Part shown: piece after piece, positions 1-11,505 of the stretch
Layout: each line of letters starts with the position of its first letter
Numbering within the stretch: position 1 is the stretch's first letter
NCBI GenBank assembly: GCA_036867785.1
Contig: CP145427.1
Span: forward strand, 62,001-126,000
DNA from: Plasmodiophora brassicae
Taxonomy: Eukaryota
Length of the DNA stretch: 64,000 bases
Direction of reading: 5' to 3'
Made by a program: the position numbers and the translations under genes
The notes under the pieces: model-generated
Databases searched by the model: none
What the model saw: only the letters and a program-made list of their open reading frames with translations
Told to the model about the DNA's origin: nothing

Positions 1-424
1 TCAACTGCATCCGATGATGAAGCGACACGGGGACGTTCGCGTCGATACACATAAGAGGCGAAAGATGGTTCTCCTCGCCCTTTGTCTATGGACATTGCAT
101 TGTGTCGCTGTAATGGCGTACGAACCCTGATCGGGCGCCGATGGTGACATTGTGCCCTGGTCAGGTGAATGCCCGCTCGACGACAAGGCTCTTGTCGTGG
201 ACGGCGGTCGCAACGGCCCCCGTTATGACAGCCTTCGTATGCAGGGCCGAGATCAAGGGGGTCTGCGCTGACAAATGGAATACGAATCACAGGACGGCGG
301 ACGCATTCACTGCCTGGCCAGGTGCGACTCAACAGCGAATCGTTTCCGGTAAGTGCAAATCCAGCAATCGCGTTATTATGGCATTGCGATAGTGGTACTT
401 CCTGCGAAGGCAGACCAGCCCGGT

Positions 425-808
425 TTATTCATCCTGCTTGCCGACACCAATCATGTTCTGCAGCCTGCCAAGAACGCCGGCGTCGTCGCCGCCCTGTGGT
501 TCATGACGCGGCATTGCGGCTGCGTACTCCTTCCTGAGTTCATCAATCTTGTCCTGGTCTTTGGAGGACATGTTCTTGAATTTGTCCTCATCGTATTTCT
601 CTTGCCATGCCCCGTAGTCCTTCTTGATCGCTTCCAGCCCCGGCTTGTCGTCCGCCTTGACATTCTTGGCACGCTGCACGATGTCCTCCATTTCCTTGAC
701 GGCCGGGGTCGGCCTCAACGCGAAGTAGAGCCCAACACCGAGACCGGTCAGGACCAGCACCGACACCACGACGGCAATGATGATCTTGTGGTTCTTGGAC
801 ATGGCCAT
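425..808 (-). CDS. Small single-pass membrane protein (N-terminal TM or signal anchor, K/D/E-rich helical tail); function unknown
   Basis: Clean 127-aa ATG ORF. Hydrophobic stretch IIIAVVVSVLVLTGLGVGLYFAL followed by a charged helical region. Composition is protein-like, unlike the overlapping shadow ORFs. Confidence 0.7.
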   Translation of the reverse strand: MAMSKNHKIIIAVVVSVLVLTGLGVGLYFALRPTPAVKEMEDIVQRAKNVKADDKPGLEAIKKDYGAWQEKYDEDKFKNMSSKDQDKIDELRKEYAAAMPRHEPQGGDDAGVLGRLQNMIGVGKQDE

Positions 809-1357
809 GTTTTACAGTGTTCCCGATTCGAGTACTGCTGATAGAAGGCTTGTGCGTTGATAGTTGGCGTTTAGGCGGCTTCTGGCAAATAGGCGACAAA
901 TCAGTCTGGCGTCCGGGCAGGTGTTCCGACCGGCTTCGTCGATCCCGGCGTCCCAGGTGATTGATCCACAGGAAGCGATGGTCGTCGATCAGATTAATCC
1001 GCGTAGACCCACCGGTCAATCATGCAATGGGGATCGCTGGTTCGCGATCGATCGTCCGAGGGTGGTGCGCTGGATCCAGCGCCCGCGTCAAGCACCACCG
1101 CGCCCAGGAAGGCGCGGGCATGACCCAGGGTCGACGACACGTCCGGAATAAACAGGGTGCACTGTGGTAGTCGTCTCTGTAGCCGGGCAATCGGGTTCCC
1201 ATCATCCCCAGAGGCGCGGGCCCTTGTCAACTCGTGGTTGTGAGCGGCAGCGGGCCGTCTGGGCGGTGCAACGGAACGTGAACCAGCATTGACACAATTC
1301 GGGAAGTGTCTAGGGTGGTTTAGAGGTATGACGTCGTCGTCGTCGTCGACGGGGACG

Positions 1358-4300
1358 TCAGGTGTTGCGCATGGAGTGGTGCAGCGAGACCGAGATGCTG
1401 GCGCGTTTGTTCGTGGACCGCGTCGACGGGACAATGGTGGGCGCCTGTTTGCTCGGCCCGACCCGGCGCCTGACGACGCGATGCCGGTGCAGGAGCTGTC
1501 GGACGGCGATGACGACGCATATGACCGGGCAGGCCAGCAGGAGGACGATGAACGCCAGCACGGTGTAGTACGTCCCGTTCTGCCTGCCCTGCACGCTCTG
1601 CTGTATGATCCCGATCGAGCAGATGCCGACGAGCGACGCGAACGAGAAGAACTTCAGCATGTTGTCTGCCCACGATGTGTGTGTCAGCGGGCGACCCAGC
1701 CGCCAGCGATGGTCCCCAACGCGATCGTACCGGCGTGATGGGCGTACGGCAGGCACTGCGTACGAACGTAGAGGATGGCCATGAGGGCCGTGCCCATGGA
1801 CAGCGGCAGCGACATGGTGTTCGCCGACGTGGGCACGAACACGAGCAGGACGAGGAGGAAGACGCGCTCGAGGCCGTAGTCGACGACGACCCAGGCCGTC
1901 ATGCCGTCGCGGTACCGCCGGCGCAGGTGCCCGAGCATGTTGTACCGGGGCAGCTGCGAGTTCAGGATGTGCTCGCCCTGCCCGATCAGGCGGTGCACCC
2001 AGACGGGGACGGCGACCACGAAGATGAACAGGAGCACGGCCGACACCGACATCAGCGAGACGTGCGTCGGCGTCATGCACTGCTCGCCGGGCAGGATCGC
2101 GATCACCATCTCGGACGTGCCGATCAGCCGGACGCACTTCATCAGGCTCAGCGACCGGTGGATCAGCGGCGTGCTGGCCACCAGCACCAGGCGCAGCGTC
2201 GCGTTCGTCAGGATCGTCCTCAGGAACGCGCTGTGCCTGCCGGCGTGTCCGCGTGTCATCAGGGCGGGTGCGGGGGGTGCGGGCACGCCTGCCCCTACCT
2301 GTCGGGGTGGACGAGGTCGTCGCCGGCGCTGAAGTCGTTGCTGGAGCGCTGCGCCCAGTCGAAGCGGAACTTCTTGGCGCGCAGCCAGGGGACGCCGGCC
2401 ACGACGATCAGGACGGCGGGCATGAACAGGTAGAAGCCGGGCATGAGCAGGATGGCGAGCTGGCGCTGCAGGTCGCCGACGATCCTGCAGGACGCGACCG
2501 GCAGCAGCAGGAGCGTGTCGTCCAGGTTGCGCGCCTGGATCAGCGTGCCCAGGAATTCGTTCTCGGGCGTGCGGACGGCGGCGCCCGACCAGAACGCGTT
2601 CAGCTGGAGCATGCGCGCGCCGATCTCGTAGTGGAACAGCATCGTCTCGAACGAGACCCGCTCGCTGTTCTGCGGGACGAACAGCGCCACCAGGGCGATG
2701 GCGATGACGGCGACGAAGGCGACGACGACGAACAGGGCGGCGATCCACCCGTGGGCGTACCGGTCGCAGTCCCAGCACTGGTTGTTCCACTGGCCCTTGC
2801 CGGCGCCGCACTGGTAGCAGGTGATGCCCATGAACCCGTCCTGGCACGCCGTCGTCTGCCCGTCGACGACGCCGGCGCCGATCTCGCAGTGCCCCGTCGG
2901 GCAGCACGAGTCCCGGTTGAACTCGCAGGGCATGACGAACAGCGACGACACGTTCGCCAGGGACGCCGGGCGGCTGTCGGGCGGCCGGATGATGCCCCAG
3001 TACCCGCGTTGCACGACGACGGTGCTCCCGCCCGGGCACGTCACGCCCGTCGGGCACGCCGTGCACGCCAGGCCGCGCCCGTCGACGTCGAAGAACCCGG
3101 GCAGGCAGACCGAGCACGTGTACTCTGCCGCCGCCTCAGCAACGTCGTCGAATGCCAACGGCAGCCCGCCTACCGGGATACACGACGCCCGCGCCGAGGG
3201 CGTTCGCGGCCAGGACGACGGCGTCGTCGGGGGCGGGCGCGATCAGCAGCTGCGACCCCACCGGGCATCGTTTCGTCTGCAGGACGTTCTGGAAGACGGA
3301 ATGCGACCTGCGTTGGGCGCGTCGTGAGCGTGACGACGACGTGGGAGGCGGTTTGTTCACGTACGCAGAGGCGCAGGTGACGGCCGTGATGGCTCTGGCG
3401 CCGGGCGCGATCGCCCTGGCGCCGTCCATCACGGTGACGCCGGTGCTGTCGAGGGCGACGACGGCGCCCAGCTGGCCGGTGCCGGTCCTGGACAGCACCC
3501 AGTGGGCGAACCGGACGACCTCGTCGGCGACGGCGCAGCTGTCGAACGCGGTCGGGAACGCCAGCACGACCGTCGACAGGATCGGGTAGGCGCAGATCAT
3601 GGCGCGGTCGACGACGGCCGTGGACCCGTCGGGCGACGCGTCCAGGTCGTCGGGCGTGACCGTGAGGCCGACAGCGTTCCTGGTGGAGCGGGCTGGGTCA
3701 GGGCCTTTGGCGTTCAATGGCGACGCGCGCGCGTGTCGCGTCACTGACCGGAACGCGGCAACTGATAGATTGGCCCGGGTGGCGCTGTCCAGGTCGGCGA
3801 AGCCGATGGCGTAGGCGGTGCCGGCGACGACGCTGGCGCCGCCGGCCGCCGCGGTCGTCGTCCCGTTCAGCGACGGCACCTGCAGGAACTGGGCGAACCC
3901 GGCGGCCAGCTCGGCGGGGACGACGACGGCGGCGATGCGCCGGGCGCTCGGCAGCGCCACGCCCGGGTTGTCGGCGACGACCCGCGCATCGTCCCAGGTC
4001 GTGGCGTTGCCCGCGAAGATGGCCCGGAGCGTCGCGAGCGACAGCGCCAGGCGCTGCGACACGCCCGGCACGTTGTACACGATGGCGATCGGCTGCCAGG
4101 CGAACGGGATCGCCTGGAACCCGGCCGGCGCCGGCGCCGGCTCGTACGCCGGCTGCAGGTCGAGGACGATGTCGACGACGCGCCCGGCGGCCCAGGCGGT
4201 GACGTTGCCGACGAGCGTCGCCATCGTGATGTTGTCGGACGGCAGCGGGACGGCGTCGGCGACGTACTGCGCCAGCAGGGCCCGCGCCACTGTCGCAGTC

Positions 4301-4383
4301 GACGGGGACGCCCCCAGGCGCACGTCAACGGCGGACGCGCCGCCGCCGACGCCCAGCAGCAGTACGACGAGCGTCGCCCACAT
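1358..4383 (-). CDS. Multi-exon receptor-like membrane protein: signal peptide + PstS-like periplasmic-binding domain + Cys-rich linker + multi-pass TM domain
   Basis: Signal peptide MWATLVVLLLGVGGGASA (ATG 4383). PstS-like motifs IAIVYNVPGV..LALSLATLRAIFAGNATTWDDARVVADNPGVALP, YAIGFADL and YPI in ORF 3136-4398. CxxC repeats CSVCLPG, CTACPTG and CYQCGAG in ORF 2295-3158. At least 7 hydrophobic helices across ORFs 2295-3158, 1684-3117 and 1358-2137, which join via short introns. Confidence 0.75.
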
Positions 4384-4530
4384 GAGTGGTGTGCCCAACG
4401 TGCGCGCGCGCGAGAGCGAGAGAGCGATCTACCCGCCCGCCCCTAAGGTAGGTGCGATCGCCACCGGGTACCCCTCCCGCTCCTCCTGAAGGGCATCGGC
4501 CAGCTTTGTCGCCCCCGTCCCGATCTGTGT

Positions 4531-6213
4531 TTATGTGCCCTGGTCGGATACGGCGGCGGAGGACGCGACGTCGTCGCCGCCGCTGGACGGGCGCGTGGCG
4601 ACGTCGACGGTCGCCTGCCAGACCCGGAACAGGTCCAGGCGGCGGCCGCATTCGTCCGACTCGACGATGGCGGTCGTCATGGGCGTGCGCGCGTCGTCCT
4701 GGGCGCGTACCCTGGCGGCGATGTCGAGCAGGTCGGCCACGAGCGGGAACTGGTTGCTGTCCAGCAGGGCGGCGACGACGAGGCGGAACGCGGTGGCCGC
4801 CGTGGCGAACACGTCGGGCGACAGGACGACGTCCACCTGCACCGACCGACAGCTCTGCACGACGCCGGCAATCACCCTGATCTGTTCGGCTTCGTCCGGC
4901 GTCGGGTCCCTGGGCGCCGCCGGCATGCTGGCCCGACATCAGACCGAACCGCGCGCCCAGCACCGGACGCGTCTCGTACCGTGCCTTCCATTGCTGGTGG
5001 GCGTCGTGGACGGCGCTCGACCACGCTGGGTCGATCTGGCCGGTCGCCAGGGCGCAAGGCAGGACCTGGACGACGTCGCGGGCCAGGGCGGTCAGCGACG
5101 GGCTCGCTGGGCGCTGGTGGTGCTGCGATTTGACGGACGCGATGAACCGCTGCAGGACCTCGGTGTGGTCGACGCCCTCCATCAACGCCGCCATGTCCTT
5201 CATGTCGTCTGTCGACAGCGTTAGACGCATCCGGCCACCGATGGGCAACACGGAGGGGGCGGAGCGCACAGGACCGGTTCGCGACCAGCGACGTCTCGAA
5301 GACGACAATCTTCCTCAGCGCCGCCCGGAAGCAGCGGATCCGCGCCTCCTCTGCGATCGCCGGTTCAGACCGCAACGACGACATCGCGGGGTGGCACACA
5401 CGTTCGGTACCGTTCGACTGGATGCCCTCGAGGACGCTGATCATGACGTCGGTGTAGATGGATTCGGCCTGTTTCAGGTGGCGCGCGACGCCCGCCCCGC
5501 CGTCGTCGTCCGACTTGGCCGGCTTGAACTTGGCCCGGAAGAAGGCGACGGTCGTCGACGACGACGCCGATTCGGCATGGTCCGAATCCGCCTTGCGGTG
5601 CATGCGATCGCGGGCATCCATCAGGGCCTACGTGGGTCGGTGTCAGCGGAGCGGGATGGCCTTGCGGGGGACGGCACAGCCGCGCCTGTCACCTTCGTGA
5701 CGCGCCGCCCTTCCTGGATCAGCTTGCCGTTCACCTTCTCGTACAGGTCCTTCATTTCCGCCAGCTCGGGCAGCACGTCCGTTTCGAGGCTCGACGAATA
5801 CGACAGGCGTTCGTTGGCGCCTGCACACGCCGCGTCAGGTGCACCGTTGGGTTAAACACAGCGCAGCCGACGTTGGCGGGTACCTTGGACAACGTCGACG
5901 CGGAGGCGGTCGATGGCCGACGCCAGCGTCCCGAACTCGCCCTGCCCGACCGCCCGCCGGGACAGCTTCGTCAGGTTGCGGCAGTGGACCCGTTCGCATC
6001 GGATGCGTTCGCGCAGGAACGCGATCAGCTCGTTGATGGATTTGTACCCCTGGGGCGACCCGGCGTCAGACCCATCGGGACGCGCGCGCGCATGCACGTT
6101 CGCTGACGAACGTTCTCGCAGCAGCGGACGACAACGTCAAAGTCCGTCCACAGGTCGCCGACGAACGACGGCGGCGCGGCGCCCGTCTCGCCGGACCCGG
6201 CGCCGTCGCCCAT
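4531..6213 (-). CDS. F-BAR/FCH domain protein (multi-exon)
   Basis: SFVGDLWTDFDVV / GYKSINELIAFLRERIRCERVHCRNLTKLS..GEFGTLASAI matches the FCH/F-BAR start. Coiled-coil exons follow, including EEARIRCFRAALRKIVVFETS. Last exon ends at 4531. Confidence 0.7.
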
Positions 6214-6410
6214 CGCAGGATCGGCGGCCGACGGCCTGACGGGCTGCGCGTCGCCCGCGCGCGGCGATTGCGATGGGCGTCAGCGTGACCCCCGACGACG
6301 ACGCCCTTGGAACGACGAGTCCCACGTCGGTACCCACCCGAGCGTGTGCAATGGGGAACATGCGGCACCGGGCGTTGACAAGCGTCGCAGACGACGGACC
6401 CTGGTCCGTG

Positions 6411-6534
6411 CCGTGTCGCACCTTGCTGCACTCCGCTGCAGTTCGTCGCCGTGTCGCACCTTGCCGCGCTCCGCTGCAGTTCGTCGCCGTGTCGCACGTT
6501 GCTGCGCTCCGCTGCAGTTCGTCGCCGTGCCGCG
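6411..6534. repeat. Tandem repeat, 38-bp unit x ~3.2
   Basis: CCGTGTCGCACCTTGCTGCACTCCGCTGCAGTTCGTCG at 6411, 6449 and 6487 (1-3 substitutions each), with a partial copy at 6525. Lies between divergent gene starts. Confidence 0.95.
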
Positions 6535-6700
6535 CCACTGACTGGGCAGCGCAGTTCCCGGCCCACCAGTGGGGCCCCTGACGTGGGCGAACTACACCTA
6601 CAGACTGCCGAGTCGACGGGCGGGCCGGGCGGGCCCGATCCGTCATTCGGATTTTGGCGGCGGACCGCAGACGCGCGCCGCGCGCAGTGTGCGTCGTCAG

Positions 6701-7048
6701 ATGATGGTCGTGCGGCGCTGCTGCTCGACGGCGGCGCCGGCGTCGCAGTCGTATGTGTCGCGGCTGAAGCGCAACGCGCTGCTGTACGGCCCCGTCGGGG
6801 TCGCCTGCCACACGGTGCTGTCGCTGACGTCGCTGGCGTCCTGGTACGGCGTCGCGGCGTACGGCGTCGACATCGCGTCGCTCATGGACCGGTTCGGGTA
6901 CGCCGGCGCCGTCTCGACGGGGTCGGCGTTCGCCCTGGCGTACGTCGCCCACAAGGTCACGATGCCGGTCCGCGTCCCCGTCACCCTGATGGTGACCCCG
7001 TACGTCGCCCGCGCCCTGAAACGAGGCCTGCCGCGGCCCCCCTTGTAA
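6701..7048 (+). CDS. DUF1279 / FAM210B-like mitochondrial membrane protein
   Basis: RLKRNALLYGPVGVACHTVLSLTSLASWY..GVDI..GSAFALAYVAHKVTMPVRVPVTLMVTP is the DUF1279 pattern. N-terminus is Arg/Ser-rich and acid-free. Confidence 0.85.
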   Translation: MMVVRRCCSTAAPASQSYVSRLKRNALLYGPVGVACHTVLSLTSLASWYGVAAYGVDIASLMDRFGYAGAVSTGSAFALAYVAHKVTMPVRVPVTLMVTPYVARALKRGLPRPPL

Positions 7049-7055
7049 TGCACGG

Positions 7056-8450
7056 TCAGAACACGAATTTTAACAGGCCGGGGACGACGGTGATGTCGGT
7101 GTCGCCCGACGGGAGCGTCTCGCCGGACACGTTCATGACGCCGCCGGGTTCCCGCGGGCGGTACTCGGCCGCCGTCACGCGATAGATCTCGATCTCGTCG
7201 AACTCGATGTGCCTCCCGGTCTCGAACGCGAGGAACAGGCGGACCATCGTGATGCGGGATATGCCTGCGCGGACGACGACAACGTACCTGCGTTGGTCGC
7301 GTTGTCAGCGCCCGTCGTCGACTGGTTGCAGCGCGACGACCTACACGGCGCCATCGTCGGGGAGCGCCGCGGGAGCGAAGATCATGTCGTGGCTGGCCCG
7401 GTGCGTATTGAAGACGCTGAGCAGAACGAACCGGTCGTCGATCATGCGCCAGTCGGGGCGGCCTTGGTCGTCGGCGTCCAGGGCGAAAGCGTCCTTCAGG
7501 CCGACGCCTTCCTGCGACGGTGCCGGTCGCAGGTACAGGCGGCCGGCGTACGACCGGTTCAGGCCGATCACAATGGCGGGCGCCAAGGCCACGCGGGCCC
7601 ACTGTGGCAGCGAACGCAGGCGACGCTCGAGCAGCTCGTCGTGGTCAGCGACGATCCCAGCGGACACTGGTCGCGCGTGTCAGCCAACCGGGGGGCGGGT
7701 GTCGGGACGGAGGCGGCCACCTCCCTACCGCAGTGCACGTCGAGGCGTGTGACGTTGGTGGCGCGCGACCTGACCGCGTACGCGTCGACGCTGCGTGCCG
7801 ACTCGCATTGCAGCAGGTGGAGGAGGGCGTCGGCAGGGGTCGGGTTCCCCAGCGATGACGACAACCCGTTCATCGTACCCTGGAGCCGCACCGGTCAGCG
7901 CAACCGGTATAGGGCATGGGCAACGCGGCGACGTACAGCGGGGATCATCAGGATGGGCAGCGTGTCGCACATCATTCGCATGCGGCCCTCGTTCCCGGAG
8001 CAGCGGTCGAACAGGCCGTTGACGATCTCGTGCAGCATGCCGTCCCCGGAGATGACGACGAGGCCGGCGTACTCGAGCAGGTTCGCCAGGGACGACATGA
8101 GGTCACGGGCGTGCCCAGCGCGCGCCGTCTCGACCAGGTCGAACTCGATGGCGGCTCTGTGCAGCGTGCCCTTCACGACGGACTCCCAGACGCGTTTCGC
8201 TCGGCCTGTGACCGTGTCAGCATCCGACATGTGCGGGTGCCGTCGATCACCGCCCCGCCGTACCGCCGCCGCCCAGCGGGTTCAACAGGACGAGAACGCG
8301 CAGGCGCGTCCACAGGCAGATGTTCGTGTGGTCCGTCAGCTGCTTCCGCAGGGCCGCCTCGGACCGCGACCTCCCCGGCGCCGCCACCCGGGCCCAGTAC
8401 GCGATCGCCACAACGGCAACGGCACCGATCGCCATTATCGGGACCCACAT
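7056..8450 (-). CDS. Sphingosine/ceramide kinase-like lipid kinase (DAGKc family) with N-terminal TM anchor, multi-exon
   Basis: Motifs VLLNPLGGGG, ETARAGHA, SGDGMLHEIVNG, IPA/GTMNGL, GIVADHD and VSGE distributed over ORFs 8247-8552, 7895-8230, 7568-7891, 7341-7667 and 7056-7247. Confidence 0.85.
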
Positions 8451-8716
8451 CCTCTGCCGGCGACGAGGGCTCCCCACCCCCCGCAACTGGTAGTCGTCCT
8501 CCGCGGCACTCGCGATGAACGTGAGTGGCACGCGCCGGGGGGTCACCCGCAAAATATCCGGGCCAACGGTCGCCTATATTTGGCCACGTGTTGTGTGTTT
8601 TGCGTCCCCCGCGGGGGGCTTGTCGCGCGCCACCTCCTGCACAGTGCAACTGGTGGTGATGGCCACCGGGGGGCGACGCCGTGTCATTTTGGATGGCACG
8701 GCGGTGGTGGCGGTGC

Positions 8717-11329
8717 ATGACGGGCAGGACGTGGGTGGGCCGGGCGCTGCGCCGGGCCGCGCAGCGCCCTGGCGTGTGCCTGGCGGGCGCCGTGCTGGCC
8801 GCCCTGTCCGTCGGCGTCATCGTGTCGGTGGCGCTGCTGCCGGAGGTTGGCCCTCGCGCGCACCGGGTCGCCCGGCCGGCTCGGCACCGGGCGCCGGCGT
8901 ACTGGCCGCCAAACCAGGACGTTCGAAGGGACTTCCGGAACTTTGCGCAAGCGCTGTCGTCGATTGCACGGCCGGAACGTGCCGCAATGGTTCGAATATG
9001 GTGCGTTCGCGGTGTCATTGAGCCATCGCTTGCCGTTCCTTATCGTGTTGCCTAGCATCGTTACGTACTCGCTGGTGGGGCCGACCAAGAACGGCGGTAT
9101 CGGGACAGCGGATACGGCGATGGCGGAGCTGCTCGCCAGTGACGGGCGATTCGCTGTTACCGTCCTGTACGTCGGCGAGGCGCCTGACAGTATCGCGCCT
9201 TGGGTACAGCACTACGCGACGAAGGGCGTCCACCTTGTCCCGCTGCCCGACTCCGAGGTTACCATCTCGGCGAATCGGTACGCCACGGTGTCGTATCTCG
9301 TGTACCGGTGGCTTCGTGCCCAGGAGCACGCGTTCGATATCGTTCGGTTCCATGAGTGGCACGGGCCCGGGTATTTCTCGCTCCTCGCCAAGCGCCAGGG
9401 CGAGTCGTCGTGCTCGTCGACGACGTTCGTCGTCACGCTGCATTGCCCGTCGACGTTCTACTTAGAGGGCAGTCGTCGCCCGTTTTCCTCCATGAACGCC
9501 TTCGTTTCGGACTTCCTTGAACGTCAGTCGGTGGCTCTCACCGATATACTGGTCCGGTCGGTGTCGTGGCCGTACCGGGATGCGCGTCTAAGCGTACCCT
9601 GACAGGTGAGCCCCAGCGCGTTCATGCTGGAGTGGGTGCAACAACGACCCGAATGGCCAACCCTGCCTGGACGAACGTTCGTGCAGCCGAATGTGCTCAT
9701 GCCGTCTGTGGCGCGGTCGTCCTCAGTTGCGTCGACCGGGGCCCAACGGGTGCCTGTTCACGAACTCGTGTTTTTCGGCCGGCTTGAGGTGCTGAAGGGG
9801 TTCCATATATTCTGTGATGCTCTCGACATTCTGTTCTCGTCGAGCATGCCTCTTCCCCTGGGCGTTACCTTTCTCGGGCGCCCGAATTTCGGCACGTCTT
9901 CAGATTCCACTGTCGACGCGGTTGCCAGAATTCGAGATCGGGCCCGGCAATGGAGCATCGAGCCCATCATCCTGACAGGTGCGGAGACAGCGTCAGCAAT
10001 GCGGGTGCGCCCTAACACGTTGGCGTTTCAGAAATGTCGCAACCCGAGGCGGTTGCGTACCTTCGTCACGGGTCAGGCCGACTGGCAGTTATGCCATCGT
10101 TCGTCGAGAACAGCCCATATGCGGTGCTCGAGTGCCTGGCGATGGGCGTCCCCTTCATCGCAAGCGCCGTCGGGGGCACGCCTGAACTCGTCGACCCGCG
10201 CGATACGAAATCGGTTCTGTTCGCTCCAGTTACTGCCGAAGCACTTGCCAATGCTTTGGGGGAAGCGGTTGAGCTGGGCGCCGTCGTTGCTAGATCCGTA
10301 TGGATAACCGTTTCGTTTGTTCGGCGCTGCTAACGTGTTCAGGTGCAGGTGGTTAACCACACTGCGAATGGGGCGGAAACAGCTGAACTTCACTGGCGAA
10401 TTGCACAGCCGGACCGGCCGGTGCCGCCCGAGTTGCCCCATCCGATCGTGGCGGTCTGCATTGTGCATCGCAATCGAGGAACGCTCCTGCAGCAATCGAT
10501 TGATGGCGTCCTGCAACAACGGTACGATCCCATGAGAATGGACATCGTCATTGTCGCCGACGGGAGCGATGACCGCATGAGCCTGGACGCGCTTGATTCG
10601 CTGGAGCTTCGCCTGAGGGACTTGGTGACATCGCAACAATTGCACGGTGCACAGGTGATTCGCGATTCCATCCGTTCGACGGTACGTGTGCGGATCAACC
10701 GGTTCGCGTGCCCGAACCCTGACGCTTGCCCCCTGCAGGGCGCTGCGCGCAATACCGCTTTCCAGCATTCATCGGCGGAATTCGTTGCGTTCCTCGACGA
10801 CTGCGATGTCCCGAAAAACACATGGCTGTCGTCAATGGTCAAGGTCGCCCTGCACACCCAAGCCGACATCGTGACGTGCATGGCCGACATCTTCGAGGAC
10901 GCGTCGCGCCCTGTGAAGGTGCATCCGGTTGCCCGTATTGCATCCCGTTCAATTCCGAATGCGCAACAACAGGTCCTGAGACGGTGGGTCCCGCTTGGTC
11001 CCGCACCCGACCTCGGCATGTTCCATAACGTGTACGGTGCGTACGCTGGCCTGTTCCGGCGGAAGGCCTTGGTGAGCCTTGGTGGCTACTCGGAGGACGC
11101 CGGAGCGACGTCCGAGGACTGGGAGCTATACGCGCGCGCCGTTCTACAGGGCATGCGGCTTGAGCTCGTCCCAGAGGCCCTGATCTGGTATCGGGACCGT
11201 CCTGGATCGATGCGCCCACAGCAGGACCCAGCTGGTTCGCCCGCACTTCGCCCGTATCTCGCCGTTCTGCGTCCTGAACTCCACAACGCCATCCGGTTCT
11301 CGCACGCGAATACAATCCGCGCCATGTGA
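8717..11329 (+). CDS. Type II membrane glycosyltransferase, GT4 (GT-B) + GT2 (GT-A) fusion, multi-exon
   Basis: N-terminal TM (VCLAGAVLAALSVGVIVSVALL). GT4 motifs GPTKNGGIGTA, VFFGRLEVLKG and PSFVENSPYAVLECLAMGVPFIASAVGGTPE. GT2 motifs VIVADGSDD, GAARNTA, FLDDCD and EDWELYAR. Confidence 0.9.
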
Positions 11330-11505
11330 ACGGCAATGACGATACGAGCACAAACGCGTGTGCAGGACGCGAGAGGTGGTGTGGCCGTGTTGCGCGCCGC
11401 CCTATTCCTGGCGCGGAGTGCCAGTGCCGGCGGATCACGTCGCAGCCGGTGGCCACAAGCGACCGAGCGCGTACGGCTACGCGACTGCTCCCTCGGCCAT
11501 CGACG

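Noticed and set aside
1-420. Short ORFs at the window start
   Set aside because: No motif or clear coding signal. They could belong to a gene outside the window, but this cannot be supported.
6411-6534. 38-bp repeats as a CRISPR array
   Set aside because: The units are directly adjacent with no unique spacers, there are no cas genes, and the context is eukaryotic.
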